Part shown: positions 23,880 to 36,681 of the stretch, piece after piece
How the letters are laid out: each line of letters opens with the position of its first letter
Numbering within the stretch: position 1 is the first letter of the stretch
IMG/VR virus record: IMGVR_UViG_3300031867_000003
Span: 128,001 to 192,000 of that record
Length of the DNA stretch: 64,000 nucleotides
Reading direction: 5' to 3' (one strand)
From: a virus
Taxonomy: Duplodnaviria; Caudoviricetes
Translations under genes and position numbers: made by a program
Notes under the pieces: generated by a model
Databases searched by the model: none
What the model saw: the letters and a program-made list of their open reading frames with translations, nothing else
What the model was told of the DNA's origin: nothing

Positions 23880-25098
23880 TTATTCGTCTTCCTCGTCATC
23901 TTCAACAACATAGATGCTATAAAGTCTCTTATCAGCGTCGCAGTAAGAAACCTGAAGCTGTCCATTAAAGTCGATAGTTTGGTTGTCGGAACTCAGTGAC
24001 ACTTCGCTTTCCGGCGATACCTGGAAGGACGGAATGTCGATATATGCTGCACGAAGTGTATCTGCGGAGCAAGGATCGACACAAAGAACCTTGAGAATAA
24101 GACGGATAGTTCCCGGGAACTTATCAGCTTTATTAATCATCTCAACAGCACCAGCTGTTGCGGCTGTGCCGTCAAGTTCACGATCATAACGAATCATGTA
24201 CTGAGTATAATCGTTGCTAAGCGGAAGAGTAAGAACTCCCGTCCCATCATCATAAGTAAACGTAGAAGCTGTAGCACTACCACCAGTCTGGAATGCAGTA
24301 CCAAGAGTACCGTTGTTCTCCATGCCATATACCTTCGGAGTGCCGGTTACATATTTAAGAGTAACTGTCGGACCATTAGATGCCTTAGCAATTGTGATAC
24401 CAGGTGCGGTAATTTTATGATTTGCAGTAGCCTCAATTTTACCGGAACCCGCTTCAGAACCAAGAATATTAAGATTAATGAAAGCGTTAGTTGCGGTAAA
24501 CTCACCAGTTTTTGCTCTCCAGAAACGTTTCACGAGGTTGCCGTCTTTATCGGTAACATCATTAGATTCTGCGGTAATATTAAGAGTAGCTTCCTAAAGC
24601 TAGGTGAGTGTATAGAGAACGTTGCCGTCAAAGTCTTCAGCAGTTGCGACCTGGATACGGTCAATAATCAAATCCTAGTTTTCTTAAAAAGAAAAATGTT
24701 CACATGGGGTCGCTAGTCCCATGTAGTTCTCAAATGAACTTCTTATTGTTTCCAATAAGTACAGACTATATCTTATTCTACAGCATTACCTGTTTAGACC
24801 TAACCATTTCGAGAGTCAATAGCTTACTCCCTACTTTCTCTTATGAGAAATAGTCGTTGAACCTTACCTTACGGTCTTGGCTGCTGATTGCCCATTGTTA
24901 ACGGTACTTAGGATTTAACCATATACCATATAGTAATTTTTTTCTACTTTCGTAGCTCTCACGTATATATCTATTAGATATTGCGTTGTAGCTTCACTAT
25001 CTTTAGGGGTTCCCAGCAATTAGATTAGTTATTATAATTATGACATATACATATTTCTATATATGCTGACTAGATTATTAATCAAGCTTGAATGCCAT
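23880..25098 (-). CDS. Major tail (tube) protein, 270 aa; exon 1 25098-25081, exon 2 24674-23880; 2 TAG
   Basis: AAAGGAG RBS. The spliced product reads MAFKLD|DLIIDRIQVATAEDFDGNVLYTLT(Q)L(Q)EATLNITAES and continues into ORF 23880..24533. Function is inferred from position and composition. Confidence 0.8.
24675..25080 (-). ncRNA. Group I intron in major tail gene (406 nt)
   Basis: P1 CTTGAT/GTCAG with U.G; P AATTGCTGGGAA, Q GGCAATCAGCAGC, R GTTCAACGACTA, S AAGATATAGTCT; terminal G; P10 AATC/GATT. Confidence 0.93.
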
Positions 25099-25169
25099 AA
25101 TACATTTCTCCTTTCATAATATTTTTTATCATTTTATTGTATTAACCGATTATTTCGGGTTATACCAAG

Positions 25170-25973
25170 TTATTTATTATCACTATTTAAATCTCTCATA
25201 AAATTAAATGATTCCTTTGGAACTTTAGACATGTCCGCAAATCCACTCATACTACCGGCTAACAGCGCCCGTGTATTTTCATAGATTTGTAAACGCTGCA
25301 CAGAATCCATAAACACAACATAGTTAATATCCTTAAGCTACTCAAGATTGTACTTAAACCCGGGATGATTAATGCATGCAGAAACTAACGGCAACAATGC
25401 GGAAGTAGGAGCATCCCCATCTTTTTTTTGACGAGCCAAATTCTGCTCATCCTCCCAAATAATTGCCTCCTTCGTCGCTTTACCTTTGGCTTTTTCAACC
25501 TTAGGATGAATGTTGAAAGCAGTGCGATAATACTCTGAAATTGTAGTATAATCCTCTTCGCTAATTTCTATATCATCTGCGGCATCATAAAGAGTTACTA
25601 CCTATGAATCAACCAGATTACCATCTTCATCCTCTTGCTAAACATTTTTGGCATATAAGTCGAATTTCTCCCAGTCTATGTCTCCAAATAATAATTTTGT
25701 AACCTCAGGAGTTTGACCTTTATACAACATAAGGAATAACTGATAATCTGTTATTTTATTCCAATCAACGCCAGCATTCCAAAGTTGAAGCCGATATGTC
25801 GTTGGATTACTGACCCATATATTTAGCGAACTGTAAAATGAAATGTCCGCATCAGGCAAATAAAGGATGTCACCAATTGTCGGAATATATAGTGTCATAC
25901 CATTGCCGACTTCATACGGTAGTCCAAAATACATTTTTAATGGGTTGAATTTAAACTCGCCCATATTAACCAC
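25170..25973 (-). CDS. Tail-region hypothetical structural protein (~267 aa, TAG read-through)
   Basis: ORF 25638..25973 continues past TAGs to TAA 25170 (...PLVSACINHPGFKYNLE(Q)LKDI...). Confidence 0.75.
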
Positions 25974-26532
25974 CTATTTTATTTACTACACGCGAAACAT
26001 TGTCTTTGGTTTTAACAATGTCTTTGCCCATAACCATTTCGAACGTTATAGTGCGAGTAGCATAGTCATTATCCGTAACAGACGGCAAATCCGACAGCAC
26101 ATGACATTGTGTTCCAAATTTATTTGTCCAATTAAATAAATGTTTTATTCTGGCAGCAATTAAATCGTGACGAGCAATACCGGTAAGTTTTTCAATACCG
26201 TTCTTTTCTTCACAAAGTATATAGAAAATAATATCTACATACATAAGACTGTCATTGTATCGAGGGGTTTCTTTAAATTGCACCTCATAACAAATAAAAT
26301 TCTACACATTGTGCTGAGTAGGATGAATCATGTAGTACGGAAGTATATTAACATCTAAATAATCGCTTGGGTCTGCATTCTCATCCTCAAGTTCCTTGTT
26401 GTTTAATAAATAAATAATCAAAGGATCATCTATGAGAGTTTTTTTAATAATTTCTTTAAAACGAATATTATTATCATCCATTGTAATCTTATAGGCACGA
26501 AGTTCCTGAAGTTGTTCAGTTGTTAATTCCAT
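25966..26532 (-). CDS. Putative tail completion/neck protein (188 aa, 1 TAG)
   Basis: ORFs 26302..26532 and 25966..26283 are in frame, joined by one TAG; GGAGG RBS. Confidence 0.7.
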
Positions 26533-26545
26533 AACTCATACCTCC

Positions 26546-29282
26546 TTACAACGCAATGATTTCAATTGGCAACGAAGCAATTATATCTTCGCCGTCAACT
26601 TTATATGTTACAGTAAGTATTTTGCCGATATACGAATCGTCTCCCAAGAACTTAACCTTAACATGATTATCTATTACAGATAACGTCAGCAATTCTTGTG
26701 GAACAGAATTCCCGTCTATAGAAAATTCCCAAGTACCGGGAAGTGTATCTATCGACGTACCGTCTTCGTCGGCAAATACCACGGTGAATGTTTTGGCAGA
26801 GCCGCCTATACGAATCTGCTGTTTACCTGAGCATGTAATTGTAGTAGTGGTAGTGGGAGTTGGGATAATATCATCTACCGGAACAGCCGGAGTAGGTTCT
26901 ACTTCACTAGCTTTCCAATCCGCCCACCAAGCAACTACATTGCCATCAACATCATAATCAGCTTTAAGTGTATGTTGATTAGCAAGATCTTGCGCACAAG
27001 TAAAAATCGCAATTCCTTTAGAATTTGAACGATTTATTTTACTAATCTAAAATACGCGAGGTTCTGTTAATACGTTGGCATCTATCACCAAGTAAGTGTT
27101 ATAATATAAATGTTCCGTATCACGATTTAACGGAAGACAGAACTAGGTCTAGTCTTCTGGTTGCTAAAATTTATACATATACGTTACTTTATCAAGTCGT
27201 TAATTTGATAAAGAATTATTTAATTCATTTAAAAAAGCCAAATACTTAGAATGTTTTCTTTCTAAATATCTATTCGCATCATAGTATAACCAATCCATGA
27301 TTTTTATTACATTCTTTTTGCTTAATGTTTGAAGAACGGATGTAATATCATTTTCCTCTGGATGAGCGAGTTGAAGACTTAAATTTACACCTAATTTATT
27401 TTGAAATATTTTATTAACACTATTACAAAAATCAAATGTAGATATTATCTTAAATCCACACCTTAAAAGCCCATTATCTTGAAACGTATAAAAACTTCCG
27501 TCCCCGTCAAAATAACCCCTTATAAAATGTGAATGTAAAAAATCTGGAATGTCTGGGAACGTCAACATCAAACTTTTGTTTTGAACCATTCCTTGCTCTA
27601 CTAAAGAATTTGATAAATGTTTACTTGATAGTTCTAAGCATATCTATGGTTTAACATTATCAGCTTTTATTAATCTATCTCCAATATACGAATCTCTTTT
27701 AATAATTTGTCGCAGTGGTCTATTAGATCCTATATCTTCACTAAATTTTTCTATTATTTCACGATCATCAATTTGTAAGTCTAAATGTATCGCATTCCTA
27801 GGAACATTATTACAACCATCCGCATACAATAATCCCAAGTAATATGCCTTATCTTGGGTATCTATTATATCAAAATACTCTTCATTTAATGAATATTTTC
27901 TACGACCAGGATTCTTTATTCCTAGATTAATAAATAATTCAGATATAAATCTCTAGCTAACATTATTTTCTTCAGATAATTTTTTAATAGATTTCCCAGA
28001 CTTATATTCATCGATATGGTTATCAATATTCTCCAAAAACAATTTTCTATTGTATTTTGCATCTTTATTATACATATAATTAATCCTCCTTCAAAAGATA
28101 TAATGTATGCTATAATAAAAACAGTAATTTTTATGTTGAAGGCATAAAAAAACGGTTTGCAACCCGCTGTCCTGTTTTTATTCAAAATGATTAAATAATT
28201 TTTCTTATACTTTCATATAAGATCGGACTATATCTTTAACCGCAATTGCGGTTACTTCCCACTGGACTTACTTGAGCCACTTAGTCTCTGAACTTTACCC
28301 TCATCAAGTCTTAGCTGCTGATTATCCAATATAATATATTTTTTGACTATCACGCTTAGATGTATCTCATTATTACGTTGTAGTTATACTATCTCTAAGG
28401 AAGTTCCAGCAATTCAAGAAGTTTTCATCGTATTATTACTAATACGTGCGACTATTTCTAATCGAGCCATAATCCACTCATTATGTTATCATAAGGCTTT
28501 TTATCCTTATCTCTTACTGTCGCCAGTAAGATCAGCATATGTTTTCTCCATATCATTAACTTGACTTAGGAGTCGGACACTCGTGGGAATATTATATTTA
28601 TTCAATTCCTATGCGTTACAATACTTCGCAGCCTTTCGCTATCTGCGAAGTTATCTCGGCGTTGTCTACGAGAGAGTTCCACCGATTTTGCCCGATTTTC
28701 ACTCATAAGTTTCCTTATAAGGCAACAATTTTTATTGTAAGAATTTTGGCTCCTGCTGACCCCAGGGAACTCATAATATTTCCCATCTTTAATCCAGCGG
28801 AACACTTCGTCACAACGAAGTACTTCCCAAGTCGGAAACATATTTTCATCCCGGTCAGCTGTAGCAACCACTAACCATCTACGGTATATGTCATCTTCTC
28901 CCTTTAGCCAAACATAAAGACCAACTGGATATCTAGCTCTATACCGCTTACCAAACACTTCTTCGTAATAATCAACACCGCACTCATGACCTGGTCTAAA
29001 CTAAATATGCATAGTCTATTCATCTTTTTGAAATGTCTTAGAACTATGTGCAATAAATTTCACATCTATAGGGGTTGGATTTGTATCCTCTTCCGGGTTA
29101 AATCCTTCAAGACGAAGTCTATTCTGCGGCGCGGTATGGTAGTAATCGAAGAAATATCCAACCTAATACTAAACATCCTATGCAAACGTAGCATCCATGA
29201 TTACATCACTTTGCTACTTCCTCGCCCTCCCCGGTACACTAATATTATTGTGCATTGCCTAAAAATCTCTGTAGGTAATCAT
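26546..29282 (-). CDS. Putative head-tail joining protein, 398 aa; exons 29282-28734, 28478-28461, 27175-26546; many TAG
   Basis: The spliced junctions read GVSRSQNSYN|SGLWLD|YKF(Q)QPED(Q)T(Q)FCLPLNRDTE; all three exon lengths are multiples of 3; AGGTGA RBS. Confidence 0.82.
27200..28075 (-). CDS. Intron-encoded double-motif LAGLIDADG homing endonuclease (291 aa, TAG read-through)
   Basis: AYYLGLLYADG and HFIRGYFDGDGS motifs in one frame; GAAGGAGG RBS. Confidence 0.9.
28114..28182 (-). promoter_or_regulatory. Three-way-junction RNA motif, copy 2
   Basis: P1 AATAAAAACAG/CTGTTTTTATT; P2 GCGG-GTTGCAAA-CCGT; P3 TTTTTATG-CCTTCAA-CATAAAAA. The loop is complementary to TTGAAGG at the endonuclease RBS. 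Confidence 0.7.
28479..28733 (-). ncRNA. Group I intron (255 nt, no ORF)
   Basis: P1 CAAT/GTTG with U.G; AAAATCGGTGGAA (P), CGCCGAG (Q), variant P7 GCATA/TATGC; terminal G. Confidence 0.85.
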
Positions 29283-29283
29283 A

Positions 29284-29616
29284 TCAATCACCTTCCTTTA
29301 TTTTCATAATCTCCGCACCGGCATCGAGGATAAGCTTTCGGTAATTTTTAAAATCAAAACTTTCACTTAAATATTCGGATTTTGCCGACTCAAGGATACT
29401 CATTGTAAGCACCAGTTCCGGCGGTTCACACAAAATACCATTTAAACCATTTAATTTATATTGTAAGCTATGGAATGCCTCCACAACATCAATATCTGGA
29501 TATTCTTCCTTTGTATTCGGATCTACATAAAGCAACAGGAAGAAAATTGCCTTACGCAAAGAAATTTTAGTAGAATGAATCTGGGCAGAAGAGTAGTGAC
29601 CATACCGAGTTTTCAT
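29284..29616 (-). CDS. Hypothetical protein (110 aa)
   Basis: ORF translationally coupled to its neighbours in the head-tail cluster. Confidence 0.75.
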   Translation of the reverse strand: MKTRYGHYSSAQIHSTKISLRKAIFFLLLYVDPNTKEEYPDIDVVEAFHSLQYKLNGLNGILCEPPELVLTMSILESAKSEYLSESFDFKNYRKLILDAGAEIMKIKEGD

Positions 29617-30077
29617 ACGGTATCAACTCCATTGATAACGGATAAACTATATCCATAATCTCGGATAAGCTTTCGAAGGTCTGTTTGAGCTTTGGCGTAC
29701 ATAGCATGAAGTTCGTTCATTTGAGTTGACTATGCATAAAACTTCTATTCACTGTTTGATATAAGTTGCGATGTCAACAACGTAGAATGATACCTAGGAT
29801 CAAGCCATCGTTCAACCATCCCCAAAGCTAATACTTCCTCCACAAAATCTTTATCGGAATCCTCATCCAGGGAGTTCCGCAATTCATATTCTATCTCTTC
29901 TATATCTTCATCAAGCGTTATCGACTAAAAAAGCCTACGCACCATTGGTTTGGATAGCGTAGACTTCAAATAGCCGAGTAACATTTGTTTCACTAATTTT
30001 TCTTCTAATCCCGATGTCTCGTAATCTTTTACACGTAGGTAAAAGCGAGAATATATTTCATCAAATTCAGAGGTCAT
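29613..30077 (-). CDS. Putative head-tail adaptor (154 aa, TAG read-through; absent from ORF track)
   Basis: AAGGAGG RBS; MTSEFDEIYSRFYLRVKDY...KLIRDYGYS; ends TGA overlapping the next ATG. Confidence 0.75.
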
Positions 30078-30092
30078 GGGATACCTCCTTTA

Positions 30093-30776
30093 TTAGATAA
30101 ACTCTTTAATTCCGGTACCCAGAATATTGTCAATAATGACGAGTTTCTGCAAAGACGGATAGTTTTCATTGCGAATCATATCCATTGCGGTATATTTAAT
30201 AACTTCCTTGAATGTATTAGATGCTTCACTTAGCATTTTTTCAAATTCACTGTCGGATTTATCAAAAAACTCTTCCGGATAGTTAACGCCAAGGTATCTC
30301 TGATAAATAGCACCAATATCATGTTTCCACTGTTCACAAATATCAGGGTCTTCAATCATAATCATTCCATCGGTAATAACCGGTTTCTGTCTCCATGACT
30401 GAAGATCCCTATATGTAACATATTCTAAATCGCCAAAATTAGGCCATTTGTATGTTACAATCTTATCAAGCCCAACAGTTTCAAGATACCATGGGACAAT
30501 ACTTCTACATGGAATTAAATCGTCAGGTGCAAATTTCTTTATCTCTTTATTAGGGATAATTTTTTCTCGTTTTTTCGCCGGAGCCAACTTCGTTTCTATA
30601 AGTTCTTTACCGGCGACTGTTTTTGACTGAGTAGAAAAATAAGAAGTAGATTTTTCAATCATCTCGTCAGTTACGTTTTGCATATGACTAGAAACTTTAA
30701 AACCTTGAGATTTTAAATAATCTATAACATCCTTGTTTTTTACTCCAAGTTTTTTGGACAATTCGTTAACAATCAT
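30093..30776 (-). CDS. Head-associated protein (YonA-like position) with N-terminal IF2_N-like HTH
   Basis: The N-terminus VNELSKKLGVKNKDVIDYLKSQGFKVSSHM resembles the IF-2 N-terminal domain; the gene follows the capsid gene. Confidence 0.65.
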   Translation of the reverse strand: MIVNELSKKLGVKNKDVIDYLKSQGFKVSSHMQNVTDEMIEKSTSYFSTQSKTVAGKELIETKLAPAKKREKIIPNKEIKKFAPDDLIPCRSIVPWYLETVGLDKIVTYKWPNFGDLEYVTYRDLQSWRQKPVITDGMIMIEDPDICEQWKHDIGAIYQRYLGVNYPEEFFDKSDSEFEKMLSEASNTFKEVIKYTAMDMIRNENYPSLQKLVIIDNILGTGIKEFI

Positions 30777-30809
30777 CTTTATTCTCCTTGTAATCCTATA
30801 TAGTCCTTA

Positions 30810-31916
30810 TTACTGATTATCCTCGATTACACCGAAGAGCTCATCAATAACAACACCGATGCCTTCATGATACCAGATTTCAGTATCCATAGTACGATCC
30901 TGATAAAACAAACCATCTTCACCGCGGCTTGCTACTTCTACGTCACCTTCGTTAACTCTTTTAATTGGCTTAAAAGAATCATCAATCGGAATAATAAAGA
31001 TTTTCTTATTATCATTGGCAGTAAAGATAGAAGTGCGCGTCCCCTCTTCGTTTACACGATCAAGAACAAGACATTCATAACCTTCCCACATTCCAAGCAT
31101 ACCTTTAGTATGACGTTCGGTTTTCATTTCATTTGACCACATGGAATACGGAACAGTATTCTGAAGTTTCTGCATAGCAACACGAGTACCAACGAGCATT
31201 ACATCTTTACCCGTAACAGCCTTAACTGCTTCAATTTTATCAATAATAGAATCTTTACTTGCTTCAACAATAGCAATGCTAGACTTCATATCAGCCGGAA
31301 GATAGGTATCAAGACTCATAAACGCGGTATAAAGAGCAGAGTAACGATGTTTTTCAATACTTGTATACATAAGATTAATCATCTCCGCAAAGTCAACTTT
31401 GCCAAGCATAAATAATTCATAGTCTGTATATACTTTAATTACATACGGTGATGTATCAATGCTAAATGCCTTCCCAGGAAGAACTTTCTGACGCACTACA
31501 TCATGATGATTTCCAGCCCATTTACTAACCTGAAGAAGGGCATTCGAATTCACATAAAACTGATTAATATCACCACGAGCAATATTAACATCCTCAACGA
31601 GATCCATAAAACGAGCGTTACTAGAATCCCATCCAGAAACCATTTTATCCGCAAGGGTGTTCTCAATTACCGAACAAATTTCAATACCGTGAGCTCTCCA
31701 GGCCTATCTACGCTGCATACGGGTTGCGTTTTTAAAATCGATACCTGTAATTTTATTAAACTGATTACGGATAATCTCACTTGTTTCAGATTTAGAATAC
31801 TTATTATAAATATTATTTGAAGCGTCCATCATAAGATCGTTAAAAACAAGCATATTTTCATAATTGTTATCAAAATTAGCAACAACATTTGCACTAAAAC
31901 ATGTAATATCTCTCAT
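30810..31916 (-). CDS. Major capsid protein (368 aa, TAG at codon 71)
   Basis: Fragments 31704..31916 and 30810..31643 are in frame; AGGAGGAG RBS; size and position fit. Confidence 0.8.
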
Positions 31917-31940
31917 TATTTTCTCCTCCTTTCTTCAAAA

Positions 31941-32546
31941 TTAGTTATTATCCACGTTCTGAATTACATAAATACGAACAAGGGTATAATAGTTGTTTGT
32001 ATAAATGCTATGAACACGTCCAACAAAGCCATAGTTTGCCATTGTCGGAGCAGCTGCCTGAGCAACATATTTTCCGGTTCCATCAAGAACAACATATGCG
32101 TCCTCTTGTACATTGGTCTGAGAAGCAGCAGTAAACATGTTAAGAGATACTCCAAAAATATCTCCGTCATATTTGTCACCGACAACCTCATAAACCTTAG
32201 AATCCTGCCCAGCCTTATTGTAGAAGAATCCCTCGGATGCTTCATACTGGCTTCTCGCATCTTTAATAAGTGCGGGGGAACCAACAATACCGACTTTATC
32301 CTTAACACCGGCGATTGTAGCATAACGCTCCTGGAGACCTTTATCATTATGAGTGAAGTCCCCCACTTTTACCGCAACGGCATTATCTACCTAGATAGGT
32401 GTTCTTGTGATATTTGCGCCAGTACCGGTCTCAGTTACTACAAGGCAATCCCAGAGGTGTCCGGAAATCGATGATTTTAAGAGGGAGGATTCGAAAATCC
32501 CATGAGTACCGCCGGCAAGTTCAGTTAAATTACTAAAAATAGCCAT
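31941..32546 (-). CDS. Capsid decoration/structural protein (201 aa, TAG at codon 52)
   Basis: AAAGGAG RBS; MAIFSNLTELAGGTHGIFESSLLKS...E(Q)VDNAVAV continues into ORF 31941..32366. Confidence 0.7.
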
Positions 32547-32604
32547 AACTATATTTTCTCCTTTCTTATTTTTTATATAAAAAAATAATAGGCTAAATAA
32601 CCTA

Positions 32605-34173
32605 TTACTAACAAACTAATTTTTCTTCTTCTATTTTTTGCCAAGTTAAACGAGTACCATCTGGAAGATGCCCAGATGTTTTTCTACCATTTCTAAAATA
32701 ATTAGTTATAGAAGCATGATACTTTTTATCGGCAGCGGAATATGAATCAAATATTTCTCCAGTCTCAACGCATAAAACCTTGTTTGGGATATTCCCCAAC
32801 ATCTTATATCCATGTTGGCGATTCAATTCAATTATCTCTTCTTTTGATTCTTTGATTAATCCGATTGCAGAAGCCTTATATAGCAATTCCCTCGCAGAAT
32901 AATCGCTTATTCCTAAATCCTTACAAATCTGATACAAAGACTTCTCTTCATATGAATTCCATAAATCAGATACTTTTAATAAAATACTCTTTGAGGCAAT
33001 TTTATCAATTTCGTCAAAATCAATACCAGACAAATCAAATATATTTGAAAGAATTGAATTTTTAATAGAATTTATAATATAATCCCTTTTGTTTTTACTC
33101 CCATAATTATAATCAAGCCTAATAATTGTAAACCCATGTTGTATAGCCAAATCGTCTTTAATCATATCTTTAGCTATGACATCCTTGGCAGTTTGACCAG
33201 ACATATTATTGTCGCAATAATGAAAACCACCATCTACCTCAATAATATATTTAATATTATTATGGCAAAACATGAAATCATATCTCGATAAATCCACCCA
33301 TTTAGGAATATATTGATACTCATATTTAATATTTAAACTATCAAGCATAGCCATTATAAAACGTTCCCCATAACTCGTTTTGTTACCACATAACTCACAA
33401 CTAAACCCTCTCAATGAAACATTATTAACTAATCTTTTAAATTTATGTCCACAATCTGGACATAGCCACCATATTTTAACCCCAGAATTAGGCGTATACT
33501 TAAAAGCGTCCTGTGGTGAAAGCAAAAACTCTTCAAGGTCAGGTCTTAAAGTATGTATGTCATTAACATTGGTCATAGGCCTAATTCTGACTTCAGGATT
33601 ACATAAAGGACATAAACAATTGCCTTTATATAATAATGTCTGAATTGCTCGAGAGAAAACAGTCCCGCATATATTATGTCTAATTCTCATTGTTTGATGA
33701 GCATTTTTATATTCGTCCAATGGAATATATTCATCCCCATACAAATCATAAAAACGTTTTAGAAATTCCTCGTTTGTTAATTTTTCCGAATTATAACAAA
33801 TTGGGCATCCTTTCCCAGACATCACCTTACTAGGCGTAGTTTCTTTTTCATGCCCACACTCCAAATATTTAACTAATATTGGAGTTTCATGATTTATATA
33901 TTTACCAAGTATTTCATATCTGCCCGGATATCTATTCTCAATCTTTTCAACAAATTCATCGTGGGTCACCCTATATAAATTCTGACAAATAGGACATCCA
34001 AACCCGCCTAAGAGATTCGACGGACGAACCTCATTTTCATGGCCACATTTATTATATTTAATTTTTACCTTAGTTTTTGCATTTATATAATCACCAATAA
34101 TGGTATACGTGTCTGGATATTTTTCATTTAATTCATTTTGGAATTCTTCGGTTGTTTTCGCTTTTCTTGGCAT
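32605..34173 (-). CDS. Zinc-ribbon repeat protein with Vsr/DUF559-like endonuclease domain (free-standing HEG-like)
   Basis: Repeated CGH..GCPIC units and RYDF...IIEVDGGFHY; ends TAG-TAA. Confidence 0.8.
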
Positions 34174-34207
34174 TTTAATTATCTCCTTTCAAATAAAAAA
34201 AGAATCC

Positions 34208-34420
34208 TTAATTAAACTTAGGATTCTTGGTGTTTTTTACATATTTATGATTGACTTTTGGTCTTTGATCTAAATATTTTTTTAAATTATCCGTAAACAA
34301 AAACATCCAACACTCCCTATGAGTTTCTGGATGTGTTGTTTTTGCTATATATTTCTCCCCGATATTTTTTAATTCTTTACAAAGAGTGGGAGAATAGCAA
34401 TAAAAAATATTAGTATTCAA
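34208..34420 (-). CDS. Small hypothetical protein (70 aa)
   Basis: FYCYSPTL...HPETHRECWMF; AGAGG RBS, TTG start. Confidence 0.65.
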   Translation of the reverse strand: MNTNIFYCYSPTLCKELKNIGEKYIAKTTHPETHRECWMFLFTDNLKKYLDQRPKVNHKYVKNTKNPKFN

Positions 34421-34436
34421 TTAAAATTTACCTCTT

Positions 34437-36110
34437 TCATTTTTTGCTTCTCAGTAATCCATCGAGAAAACTTGTATTATAATCAATTCTACCAAATGCA
34501 AAGAAATCTTTCTTCGGTTCTTCTTTCTTCTCGGAAGTATCCGCCGCAAAATTCAATTTTCCAGCCTTTGCATACTGAAGCAGAATTGCGTCAGCCTTAT
34601 CTTTGACCTCATCAACTGTAAGATTAAAATAATTCTCACGTTTCTTAAGATCTTCAAATTCCTGAGTACCAGCAATACTTGTATAATCTACGGAATTAAG
34701 AACTTCAACCTTCTCGGGTTCAGATTCGTATTTAGCAAGTTTATCAGAAATATCGGAATAATTACTCTTCATAGACTCAAGCTGAGCTTGTTCGTCTTTG
34801 CTTAAATACGTACAGAATACCTCTGTGCGATCTCCCTTTAAGGAATAAACATCCTTCTTTACTTGATATGACTGACGGTAATGTTTACCATTCCAATAAT
34901 CATGCATATACACGATTTTCTCATCATCCAGTGCGTCCACGTCATACCAGGCATTATCGCTTTCTCCGTAAGTGGAGTTCACAAGCTCATAAAGTGCGTT
35001 AAGTTTCTCCATTAACGTAGAAGAGAATGTCTTTACTTCACCGTTGAAAGAAACGGTTTTGTCGATACTATATTTTTTCTGCTGACCGTTATTAAGTACA
35101 CCGTCATCAGTAACTACATCTTCCGGTTCTTCTTCCTCGGAATCGTCAGTGGTATCTTCTCCATCAAATTCATCAACCACTTCGGGAGTTTCTTCGGTAA
35201 CTTCTTCTTCCACTTTTCCAGAAGCTTCTGTGTCAGTAACCTGAGTTTCCTCATCAATGGTTTCATTTAATTCGATGTTTTCTTCCTCAATAGTTTCATC
35301 TACTTTGTTTTCATCAAATTCCAAACCATGTTCCTCCTTTCTTTGGTCGTTATTTATATGATTATCAAGCTTATTCATAACAGCTTGCGTAATCTCGTCA
35401 ATTAACTCTGCTTTATTAAACATAACAGAATTATTCTCGGCACTAAAATCAGCTATATCTAATCTGGCACCTTCCATACCTTCTCCGATTTCTTCTCCGG
35501 AAACGGGATCTACTCCGAGCAATGTAGCTCCTAACACAACGACATCCTCGAGAATAAGTTCCTTCTCTTTTGAATCGTAAGACATTTTATTTACGCCCAA
35601 CTCAGCGGAAAGTTTTGTTCCACCCTTACGTTCAATAATATCGGCAGCAGCAGTGTAGTTTCTCGGAATTGCACATTTTGCAAACAGATATTTTCTGTCT
35701 TCATGCTCAGAATCCTATTCAATATATGGTTTATCTGCGGTAAAACATCCTACTTGTTTTTCATAGTATGTAATAGAACCATCATCATTAAACTCAAAAT
35801 CATGAGATGTAAAATCCAATTCTCCGTTTACATCTGTAAAATTTGCAAGAATCGGTTTATATGCAACAGTAGAAGCGCTATTCTTCAAACCTTCCTCCGT
35901 TAAATTTGACCGGTTTTTGTTGCGTCCACAATGCATGAGTTTAACTGTACCAAGCAATAAAGAATCATCTTCTGATTCTTCTTTATCAAATACCGCCGGT
36001 ACTTGTACGCTTAGCTGATACCCAGTCTATTTCGAATCAAAAGAATTGAAATTTTGCTATTCACAAAATTCAATTAAATTCTCTAATGTCAGAATTTTCT
36101 TCTTCAACAT
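34437..36110 (-). CDS. Prohead protease/scaffold-like protein (YonD-like position; 557 aa; TAG at codons 18, 28, 132)
   Basis: GGGAGG RBS; fragments join in frame; HCGRNKNRS and KLSAELGV motifs; acidic C-terminal half; lies between portal and capsid. Confidence 0.75.
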
Positions 36111-36157
36111 ACTTCCTCCCTTCTTTTTAGAATTTCTCTCCAAAGAATAGGAGAGTA

Positions 36158-36340
36158 TCAAAATGTTATTTTATTTGTAAAATTTACCTTCATACTGTCA
36201 TCAGCAGAAAACATTAAATTGGTATTATTAATAAATACCCACTGAGTGCCTTCCTTTGGAAGTTCTTCATAGCCGAGTTCTCGCAACTTCTCGGCGGTTT
36301 CTTCATCAGATGTATGAATAAAAAATTGTTTATCCTTCAT
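36158..36340 (-). CDS. Small hypothetical protein (60 aa)
   Basis: AGGTGA RBS; MKDKQFFIHTSDEETAEKL. Confidence 0.7.
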   Translation of the reverse strand: MKDKQFFIHTSDEETAEKLRELGYEELPKEGTQWVFINNTNLMFSADDSMKVNFTNKITF

Positions 36341-36344
36341 AATA

Positions 36345-36617
36345 TCACCTACAAACATCATTAATTATGTCGGCAGTTTTCGTAAGTTCTTCACGGGTCT
36401 TTTCACTAAACCCAGCGTCGGCAACTAATGCCTACGCAAGATATAGACAAAAGTTTAGAAGAAATTCATCCTCTACATCAGTAGTAGATTCATCACCATT
36501 AAATATCTTATCTGATATTTGATTATATTTTTCTATACACTCGGTTGTATTCGGGTAAAAATTTTTCATTATCCTTTTTATCTCCTTATTTATTCTTTTT
36601 TTAATTATCATAATCAC
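36345..36617 (-). CDS. Hypothetical protein (~90 aa, 1 TAG)
   Basis: ORF 36432..36617 reads through TAG to TGA 36345; start uncertain. Confidence 0.45.
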
Positions 36618-36681
36618 AGAATAGGAGAGGGGTTAGGACACCTCTCCGTATAAAGTTTGTAACTCCTTATATTATTCTGTG
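36615..36681 (-). promoter_or_regulatory. Three-way-junction RNA motif, copy 3 (directly 3' of the suppressor tRNA)
   Basis: P1 CACAGAATA/TATTCTGTG; P2 TATAAGG-AGTTACAAA-CTTTATA; P3 GGAGAGG-TGTCCTAACC-CCTCTCC. Confidence 0.7.

Larger units (their letters stand above)
27176..28460 (-). ncRNA. Group I intron (1285 nt) carrying a LAGLIDADG gene
   Basis: P1 CGAT/GTCG with U.G; P AATTGCTGGAA, Q AATCAGCAGC, R GTTCAGAGACTA, S AAGATATAGTCC; ORF in the 3' (P9) region; terminal G at 27176. Confidence 0.9.
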
